DNA of 32,000 nt from Candidatus Thorarchaeota archaeon (lineage in GTDB: Archaea > Asgardarchaeota > Thorarchaeia > Thorarchaeales > Thorarchaeaceae), in NCBI GenBank assembly GCA_008080745.1, contig SHMX01000004.1:330001-362000 (forward strand), written 5' to 3'. The first letter of the stretch is position 1, and each line of letters begins with the position of its first letter. Position numbers and translations under genes: made by a program. Positions 18,802-26,071 of this stretch are shown piece by piece. The notes below the pieces were generated by a model. That model made no database searches and was not told where the DNA came from. It saw only the letters and a program-made list of their open reading frames with translations.

Positions 18802-19266
18802 GTGTATATCTTGCAGAGAGTTGGTAACAAAAGATGGATCAAACCAGCAATCATTCTTATTATTGCGATTCTATCAACCCCATATGCACTGTTGGAGAGT
18901 GCGGGATTAGGAAGTAGTAATCTTCACATTCGAGCTCCATTTTGGGAATACGTTCAATCTTTTTATTTTTCTGGATTTCAACTCCTCGATTTGACTTCTG
19001 TTATTTCTGGCCTTCCATTCTTGATTTTGCGACTATTTTCACTAGTTGTTGTTATCGCTTATTTTCAGGGTAGAATCAGCAAGAATATCACATTATTATT
19101 GAGTAGCATTATCGAACTTGGACCTCTAGTAGTTACTGCAATGGGCATATTAGAAATGGTCAATTCTCCTGCTTATATCGTGATGTGGCCCTTGCCCATT
19201 TTGCTTGGTATAATTTTGATTCTTATTCAGACAATATCAGTAAACGAGCCAACATCTCCGTTTTGA
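18802..19266 (+). CDS. Hypothetical membrane protein (about 4 TM)
   Basis: GTG start, four hydrophobic segments, no family recognised. Confidence 0.65.
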   Translation: MYILQRVGNKRWIKPAIILIIAILSTPYALLESAGLGSSNLHIRAPFWEYVQSFYFSGFQLLDLTSVISGLPFLILRLFSLVVVIAYFQGRISKNITLLLSSIIELGPLVVTAMGILEMVNSPAYIVMWPLPILLGIILILIQTISVNEPTSPF

Positions 19267-19307
19267 AAATGGATGAAACTAGACTGAGCGTAAGGAAACT
19301 GGATACA

Positions 19308-19354
19308 AAAAAAGTGAAAATAAAAAGAAAATCACAAGGAGTGACATCCTTGTG
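19308..19354 (-). terminator. Hairpin plus U-tract after dpsL
   Basis: CACAAGGA-gtgaca-TCCTTGTG perfect 8-bp stem (19333-19354), followed on the minus strand by TTTTCTTTTTATTTTCACTTTTTTT. Confidence 0.65.
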
Positions 19355-19366
19355 TCTTAGATTGCA

Positions 19367-19864
19367 TTAGTACATGTCTTTTGCAATCATCATATCTTCT
19401 ACTAGTGCTTGAAGATCCTCTTCGTGCTCTACTTCATCTTCAAGAATTTCTAGAGCAAGGTTGTATGTCACAGGATCTTTGTCTTTGGTCAATTCCAGTA
19501 TCTTTGAGTATACATCGATTGCACACTGTTCAGCCTCTATGTTCTGATTCAATAATTCTTTGACTGATGGTTTGCTTGGTTCAGCATATCCACAATTAGT
19601 GTGTTCGTACCAATCCTCTGGTTTGAGGATTGGAGTTCCTCCTAACTGGATGATTCTTTCAACTAACATATCCGCATGTCTAAGTTCATCGAGTGCATGT
19701 TCCATAAGTTCAGCTACAACTGCACCCCTCATTGGACCTACTGCGACTTTAGCTCCTACCCAATATTGATAGTATGCTAACCATTCGTCAGCAAAGGCCT
19801 TGTTAAGGTGTTTAATTAGTAGTTCTACATCGAGTTTAACGATTTCTCTTCCTCGTTTTCCCAT
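19367..19864 (-). CDS. dpsL: Dps-like (DpsL, thioferritin) ferritin-family protein
   Basis: MGKRGREIV, LNKAFADEWLAYYQYW, HALDELRHAD, RIIQLGG, the two DpsL Cys (TNCGY and AEQCAI) and DEVEHE. Likely start is the ATG at 19864 rather than 19870. Confidence 0.9.
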   Translation of the reverse strand: MGKRGREIVKLDVELLIKHLNKAFADEWLAYYQYWVGAKVAVGPMRGAVVAELMEHALDELRHADMLVERIIQLGGTPILKPEDWYEHTNCGYAEPSKPSVKELLNQNIEAEQCAIDVYSKILELTKDKDPVTYNLALEILEDEVEHEEDLQALVEDMMIAKDMY

Positions 19865-20153
19865 AATCATTCTATCCTAATGATTTATTGACCCCGTCCA
19901 AATTTTCATTTTATTTCCAATTCAGACACAGGCGAGTAAATCAACTATAGTGTAGCTTCCTGTCTCTAATAAACCCTTGTTAACCTCCATGATATTATAC
20001 TGCTAGTAAATCATCTCCTTTATCGGAATCTTTTTACATACATAACGAATAATTAACTATAGATAATGAGATGAATAATAGTTGGAATTCTTGTAGTACG
20101 AATTTCCTGCCATCCATCATGCCATCGTTGTACCTGAGAAGAGAGTAAACCAC

Positions 20154-22736
20154 GTGAAAATAAAACGAGTAAGAAGATACAGAGGTCCCAGCATCTATAG
20201 TACAGATATATCAGTAATCAAACCGATAGTTCTTATTGAGGACTCGGATCATATCGCATCTTCGAAAATAGACTCAATTCTGTCCGAATTTGAAATAATA
20301 AATCAAGAAGATGAACTGCATGCTGATAATATATGGGATATCCTCCCCTCTTTGACACTTGCTCTTTTGCAGAATTCTGGCGGAAAACACCTTCAAACTG
20401 CAAAGAGTCTGAATAAATCTGACACAAGGTATGAGTATATAGTTGAGATGGATTTGGAACCAGTGGCGGTATCGGCTGCTTATGAATCGGTCAATATTAT
20501 CAATGATTTAATCAAGGGTGAAAAACCCAACATTTCGAAGATTTTGGAAGAGCTATCTGAAGAACGATATCGTTATGATTTAGGTCCAAGTACAAAATCT
20601 ATTGTAAAAGCAGCTCAAGATAGAGATATTCCGACAATTCGTCTCGATCAATACAGCCTAGTCCAATTAGGTTTTGCCTCGAAAAACAGAAAGATTGAGG
20701 CTGCAACAACTGACGATACGTCTTTTGTTGGTATGGAGATTGCACAATCCAAGTTGATGTCTAAAATAATGCTTCAGAGAGCAAAGCTACCCTATGTTCA
20801 AGGGGAGATGGTAGTTTCAAAAATTCAAATCGAATCAATTGTAGAACAATTAGGTTTTCCTCTGGTTGTAAAACCAGCTGACGCAAGTAAAGGCAGAGGA
20901 GTTACAACCAACATTGAAAATATCGATGATATTTATACGGGATATGAGAAAGCAAAAGAATTCTCAGAGTATATTTTAATTGAGCAATTTGTAGAGGGAA
21001 GGGATTACCGTGTTTTAGTTGCAGGCGGTGAAGTACTAGCAGTAGCTGAACGTATTCCAGCCCATGTTATTGGTGATGGAGAAAAAACTGTTTCAGAATT
21101 GATAAAGTTGGAGAATAACAATCCCCTTAGAGGAGAAGGACATGAACTACCTCTTACGAAAATTTCTGTTGACTCTAGTCTAAAGAAAACCCTCGAATCT
21201 CAAAATATGGATCTTGAAACTGTTCCTAAAGAGGGAGAATTTGTGCAACTAAAGCCAACCGCTAATCTCAGCACCGGGGGAATCGCCATCGATAGAAGTA
21301 AAGAGATTCATCCCGATAATGAGGAGATGGTAATACGATCATCTAGGATTGTTGGACTCGATGTCTGTGGTATCGATTTGATTACAACTGATATCTCAAA
21401 ATCTCTCTGGGAAACAGGAGGGAAAATAATAGAACTGAATACAGCTCCTGGTCTCCGAATGCATCTATTCCCTACTGAGGGCGAAGCCCAAAATGTAGGT
21501 GAGAAAATATTGGATACTCTTTTTTCCAAAGGTGAGAATGGTAGAATCCCCATTGTAGCGATAACTGGAACAAATGGAAAAACAACAGTCACTCTATTGA
21601 CGTCCCATATACTCAGACTAGATGGAAAAAGAATAGGAATGATTACTACTGAAGGAATTCATGTTCAAGGGACTAGAATATTCCGCGGTGACTGTACTGG
21701 TCCATGGTCTAGTGGTGCGATTCTTCGAGACCCTACTGTGGACATAGGCGTATTCGAAACGGCCCGTGGTGGTATTCTAAAACGTGGTCTCGGTTTCGAT
21801 AGAACTCAGGTTTCTGTGTTTCTCAATGTTAGTGAGGAACATCTTGGTGAGCACGGGATTAATACAGTGGACGAGATGGCAGAAGTCAAAGCCTTGCTCT
21901 ATGATATTGTAGATGTTGATGGATACGGAGTGATAAATTGTAGTGATGATAGGGTCTGGAAAGAATCAAAGAGAATAGAAGGGAAAAAGATTGGTTTCTC
22001 TATTGACCCAGATAACCCTCGTCTAGCAGAATTGGAAGAACAAGGTTTTCCTTATATTACTGTGAAATCCAACAGAATTGTGATTGTGGATTCGGGACGT
22101 TCAATCGAAGTATCAGAATTAGATGCTATTCCCTTGACTTACGAAGGGATTGCAGAGTTTAACATAGAGAATGTTTTAGCAGCTTGTGCTGTAGCATATT
22201 CCATGGATGTTTCTGTTGATGTCATTCAATCAGGATTGCTATCATTTTCTCCCACTCCAGAACTGAATCCAGGAAGAGCTAATCTCATAAGAATTGGAAA
22301 TTCATACATCTTTGTAGATTATGCGCATAATATTGCTGCTATGAAATTAATAGCTCGTTTCTTGGGACGTTTGAAATCTAGATGGGGTCTTAGAACACTA
22401 AAAGCCGTAGTGAGTCTTCCTGGAAATAGACGAGAAGTAGAATATTATAAAATCATGCGAATTATTGCTGATTCTTTCGATGAAATCTATATCAAAGAAG
22501 ACAAGGATCTTAGAGAACGAGAAAGGGGCGAAATGACTGAGATTCTCTCCAATACACTTCTCGAATCAGGTTTTCCTGAGGATCACATCTATACTGGTTT
22601 CGTAGAACCAGAGGGACTTCAACAAGCTCTCCAAGATTTGCATGATGATGACTTGATTTTCGTGAATTTCGAAGATGTTGATATTATCCTATCAACAATT
22701 CGTGAATTCAAGAGAAAGAAAATAGGGGGACTCTAA
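20154..22736 (+). CDS. cphA: Cyanophycin synthetase (CphA1-type: N domain, ATP-grasp G domain, Mur-ligase M domain)
   Basis: RGP N-terminus, LGPST, VQLG, VVKP, VAERIPAHVIGDG, TANLSTGGIAID, HPDN, GIDL, ELNTAPGLRMH, RIPIVAITGTNGKTT, GDCTGP, FETARGGILKRGL, EHLG, PGR, DYAHN and IKED, in CphA1 order. GTG start. Confidence 0.95.
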   Translation: MKIKRVRRYRGPSIYSTDISVIKPIVLIEDSDHIASSKIDSILSEFEIINQEDELHADNIWDILPSLTLALLQNSGGKHLQTAKSLNKSDTRYEYIVEMDLEPVAVSAAYESVNIINDLIKGEKPNISKILEELSEERYRYDLGPSTKSIVKAAQDRDIPTIRLDQYSLVQLGFASKNRKIEAATTDDTSFVGMEIAQSKLMSKIMLQRAKLPYVQGEMVVSKIQIESIVEQLGFPLVVKPADASKGRGVTTNIENIDDIYTGYEKAKEFSEYILIEQFVEGRDYRVLVAGGEVLAVAERIPAHVIGDGEKTVSELIKLENNNPLRGEGHELPLTKISVDSSLKKTLESQNMDLETVPKEGEFVQLKPTANLSTGGIAIDRSKEIHPDNEEMVIRSSRIVGLDVCGIDLITTDISKSLWETGGKIIELNTAPGLRMHLFPTEGEAQNVGEKILDTLFSKGENGRIPIVAITGTNGKTTVTLLTSHILRLDGKRIGMITTEGIHVQGTRIFRGDCTGPWSSGAILRDPTVDIGVFETARGGILKRGLGFDRTQVSVFLNVSEEHLGEHGINTVDEMAEVKALLYDIVDVDGYGVINCSDDRVWKESKRIEGKKIGFSIDPDNPRLAELEEQGFPYITVKSNRIVIVDSGRSIEVSELDAIPLTYEGIAEFNIENVLAACAVAYSMDVSVDVIQSGLLSFSPTPELNPGRANLIRIGNSYIFVDYAHNIAAMKLIARFLGRLKSRWGLRTLKAVVSLPGNRREVEYYKIMRIIADSFDEIYIKEDKDLRERERGEMTEILSNTLLESGFPEDHIYTGFVEPEGLQQALQDLHDDDLIFVNFEDVDIILSTIREFKRKKIGGL

Positions 22737-22738
22737 AA

Positions 22739-25252
22739 TTGAAATTGGAGATATCTAAACAACTATTCTTTGGTCCGAATATTTATGTCAATTCTCCGGG
22801 GGTTCTATTTACCTTATCTGTAGATAACAGTGTATCGATTGATAATATCATTCTTGGCGAATCATTTGGCGATGCTTCATCCTTCAAAAGTGCACCTATT
22901 GACATATCTGGAATGAATATCCTTGATGGAATCATTAGTATCGTTTCATACTTTTTTGAAAAACAGAATCGACCTCTAGAATTTCTTACTATAAGTAGTG
23001 AAAAAGAAGAAAATACAGCATTCATAAAGTCGATTTTTCCTCAAGTGATAGGGCACGCTCTAGAATATGTGACCCAGATATTCAGCGACATCTCTTCAGG
23101 GACTACTATAACGGAGAAAGAATGGACTGAACAGTATAATCGTTTCTTTTTGCTCCATGGTGTAGGAATCAATACTAGGCTCATAGCAGATAAGGCACAC
23201 TCTCTAGGGATTCCTGTTCAATCAATACATAGATCCATGATTCAATTTGGTTATGGAAAAAACCGCAAACTTGTTTGGAGAGGCGTACCCGAAGAATCCA
23301 GTGTTCTGGCAGTTGACATAGCAACATACAAATCATCACTGAATAGAATCTTAGAAGATCTGGGATATTATATCCCTCGCAGCCATCTTTCTCTCGATTT
23401 GGAGGACGCAAAACAGATTGCTGATTTACTCGAGTATCCCGTTGTAGTAAAATCTTCTCAAGAACGATTTGGCCGTGGCACATTTGCAGATATTAGAAAC
23501 CCCAGTGAGCTAGAAGAAGCTTACAAGAATTGTAGTTCTTCTGAAGAACGAGTTATTATCCAAGAATTTGTTGGAGGAAATCTGTACCGACTAGTCGTAA
23601 TAGGAGAATCGGTCTTAGCTATTCAGAATAGTACCCCATCAATAACAGGTGATGGTGAACACACCATAAATGAACTAGTAGAGCGAGAAAATAATCGTCC
23701 GATAAGAGGTAATCTTGACGATGCTCCATTATCTAGGATTCCTATTGGACTTGATATGCAACTGACTCTTCAAAGACAGGGATATTCTCTTGATGATGTA
23801 TTAGAAGAGGGAGTTACGGTTCACCTTAGTAGTGTATCAACTGTTGATACTGGAGCAGGTAGTACAGATGTCACCCACAATCTTCATCCACTGAACGAAT
23901 TTCTAGCAAAAAGAATCTCTAAAGCTCTAGGATTATCTATAGCTGAGATTCACATTGTAAGTGATACAATATCTCAACCGTTAGTAGAGGGTCGGGGGAA
24001 GATAGTAGCTTTATCACCCCGAGTAGATCTGAGAACATATCATTATCCCTTAGATTCAGATCGCCCTGATATAGAAAAAATAATGATTGAGAGTTTCTTT
24101 GGGGACGAAGATCCATCAATTCCTCTGATTGCAATATCCGGAAGTCATGGAAAGACAATTGTTACCGCCATTCTAGACCATCTTCTTCGATTAACCGGGT
24201 ATTCAACGGGATTGGCGAACTCTGTTGGTTTGTATATTGATGGGTCGCAAGTTTCTAGAAATTCTGGAGCAAGCATTGATGGTCATAAAGCCATAATGAT
24301 AGATCCTAAGGTCGATTTTGCAATATTAGAACAAAGCTCCCTTGATTCAAAAAGAGAGGGATTAGCATTTCATCGGGCTAGCACTTCTGTTATTTTGAAT
24401 TCTTATGAACGAAGAGAGGTCTACCCTGAGCTTCATGAAGAGATACATCAAGGAAGAGTACTCCTACTTAGATCAACAAAGCCTGATGGATTTTGTGTGT
24501 TGAATGTTGCAATTCCCGAGTTTGACGAACTTGTTAAGGAATCGGCTGGTGAGATAGTACTCATAAGTTTAGACTCAGAACATCCCCGACTAAGGGATAT
24601 CCAGCAGGAGAAACACGTCATTGCTACAGTCATGGGCAAGATGCTTGTGTTGAAGGACAAGGGAAAGATAATACCTCTTGTGAATTATCAGAATGCACCT
24701 CTAACATTTGAGGGAATTGCCGAGTTCAATATTGAGAATCTATTAGCTGCTGCAGTCACAGCCTACGTTAATGGTGTGGAACCGAGCGATATTAGAAATG
24801 CACTACTCTCATTTTCTAATCGTCCAAAACAGTTACCAGGTGCTATGAACCAGTTGGAAATTGATAATAGAACCGTGTTCGTTGATTTAGCAACCAAACC
24901 GAGCAATATCACAATTGCGTCAAGATTTGTTGACCGATACAGAAGAAAAATGGATTTGGGAAATCTATATGGTCTTCTAAGATTGCCAGAGAGAACTGCT
25001 AGTAAAGATATAGAAAAAACACTGACCGAGGTGGCTACTCACTTCGAGAAGGCTCTGGTCTATGATGTGGAACACCCAGATATTATTGCTCAATGTGGAG
25101 GATGTTTTGATGTTGTTGACGATTTTAACGAAGGATTTCAATCTATCTGGTCATTTCTTGAAGATAACGATATTCTTCTCATTACGACAATAAAGCCAAA
25201 TGAAGTCTTAGAATACATCGATGAAATAAAGGAGAATATGAACAAGGAATGA
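22739..25252 (+). CDS. Cyanophycin synthetase paralog (CphA-prime-like), catalytic motifs degenerate
   Basis: Collinear with the upstream CphA over 837 aa (GPN, IQFGYG, ITGDGEHTINELV, HPLN, IPLIAISGSHGKT, PLTFEGIAEFNIEN), but the ExN, NLSTGG, ETARGG, DHLG and DYAHN motifs are lost. TTG start 2 nt after the cphA stop, with GGGGGA upstream. Confidence 0.88.
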   Translation: MKLEISKQLFFGPNIYVNSPGVLFTLSVDNSVSIDNIILGESFGDASSFKSAPIDISGMNILDGIISIVSYFFEKQNRPLEFLTISSEKEENTAFIKSIFPQVIGHALEYVTQIFSDISSGTTITEKEWTEQYNRFFLLHGVGINTRLIADKAHSLGIPVQSIHRSMIQFGYGKNRKLVWRGVPEESSVLAVDIATYKSSLNRILEDLGYYIPRSHLSLDLEDAKQIADLLEYPVVVKSSQERFGRGTFADIRNPSELEEAYKNCSSSEERVIIQEFVGGNLYRLVVIGESVLAIQNSTPSITGDGEHTINELVERENNRPIRGNLDDAPLSRIPIGLDMQLTLQRQGYSLDDVLEEGVTVHLSSVSTVDTGAGSTDVTHNLHPLNEFLAKRISKALGLSIAEIHIVSDTISQPLVEGRGKIVALSPRVDLRTYHYPLDSDRPDIEKIMIESFFGDEDPSIPLIAISGSHGKTIVTAILDHLLRLTGYSTGLANSVGLYIDGSQVSRNSGASIDGHKAIMIDPKVDFAILEQSSLDSKREGLAFHRASTSVILNSYERREVYPELHEEIHQGRVLLLRSTKPDGFCVLNVAIPEFDELVKESAGEIVLISLDSEHPRLRDIQQEKHVIATVMGKMLVLKDKGKIIPLVNYQNAPLTFEGIAEFNIENLLAAAVTAYVNGVEPSDIRNALLSFSNRPKQLPGAMNQLEIDNRTVFVDLATKPSNITIASRFVDRYRRKMDLGNLYGLLRLPERTASKDIEKTLTEVATHFEKALVYDVEHPDIIAQCGGCFDVVDDFNEGFQSIWSFLEDNDILLITTIKPNEVLEYIDEIKENMNKE

Positions 25253-26064
25253 AGACCCGTTTTGTATTAATTGGCGGAAATGAAGATCACTATCCAGAAG
25301 AACCGTTATTTCTTGCAATATCTGAGAATCTAGATTATAACGCGACTCTGCTCATTGTTCCAACAGCTAGTGGTTATCCGGAATCGACATCTAAAACGTA
25401 TAGACTGCTCTTTCGGAATATGGGCTTTAGTGACGTTCAAATCTTGGATGTGTTGAACCGAGATGATAGTTATTCTCAAAAGAACATCCGCAAAGTGGAG
25501 GAATGTGATGCCATATTCTTTGTAGGTGGGGATCAATCTCGTCTTACAAGAAATGTGCGTGGTACAGACCTACATACTGTCTTTCGTGAACGAATTCAAG
25601 ATGGTATTATTGTAGGAGGCACCAGTGCGGGTGCAATGGCATTGAGTGAAAAGATGATTGCGGGAGGAAGCCCTGGACATGCCCTGAGAAAGGGGGAAGT
25701 GAATCTCTCTGAAGGTCTGGGAATTCTTCCACATCTCGTTATTGATACACACATGATAACTCGAAATCGATATTGGCGACTTGTCCATGCTTTGGCTGAA
25801 TATCCAGATAAGATTGGAATAGGAATATCTAATGATACAGGTGTAATGATCGAGGATACCACATTGACAACTCTAGGAACTGATCTCGTTGCGATTCTAC
25901 GAGGTGATAAGATTGTCTTCAATAATTCTCCTAAGATAGACGAATCAGAGCGAATTGGAGTTGGTCCCCTTAATTGTACAATCTTACCCGCAGGCTATTC
26001 CTATAGTCTTGACACTCAAGAGATACAAGAAGCAGACCTGACATTTCCATATACTCACAAATAA
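25249..26064 (+). CDS. cphB: Cyanophycinase (peptidase S51)
   Basis: LIGGNED, IVPTAS, FFVGGDQSRL, GGTSAGA (Ser nucleophile), IDTHMITRNRYWRL (His plus three Arg). GISNDT stands in place of GIDEDT. ATGA overlap with the previous gene. Confidence 0.92.
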   Translation: MKTRFVLIGGNEDHYPEEPLFLAISENLDYNATLLIVPTASGYPESTSKTYRLLFRNMGFSDVQILDVLNRDDSYSQKNIRKVEECDAIFFVGGDQSRLTRNVRGTDLHTVFRERIQDGIIVGGTSAGAMALSEKMIAGGSPGHALRKGEVNLSEGLGILPHLVIDTHMITRNRYWRLVHALAEYPDKIGIGISNDTGVMIEDTTLTTLGTDLVAILRGDKIVFNNSPKIDESERIGVGPLNCTILPAGYSYSLDTQEIQEADLTFPYTHK

Positions 26065-26071
26065 TCACGAG

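Noticed and set aside
20084-20107. GGAA-N16-TTCC imperfect dyad upstream of cphA as an NrpR nitrogen operator
   Set aside because: Known archaeal NrpR sites are GGAA-N6-TTCC. The spacing is wrong and the arms are imperfect, so it cannot be supported without comparative data.
22739-25252. Second cph gene as cyanobacterial-type CphA2 dipeptide ligase
   Set aside because: CphA2 needs an intact ATP-grasp site and has a truncated M domain; here the ATP-grasp ExN and loop motifs are lost and the M domain is full length.
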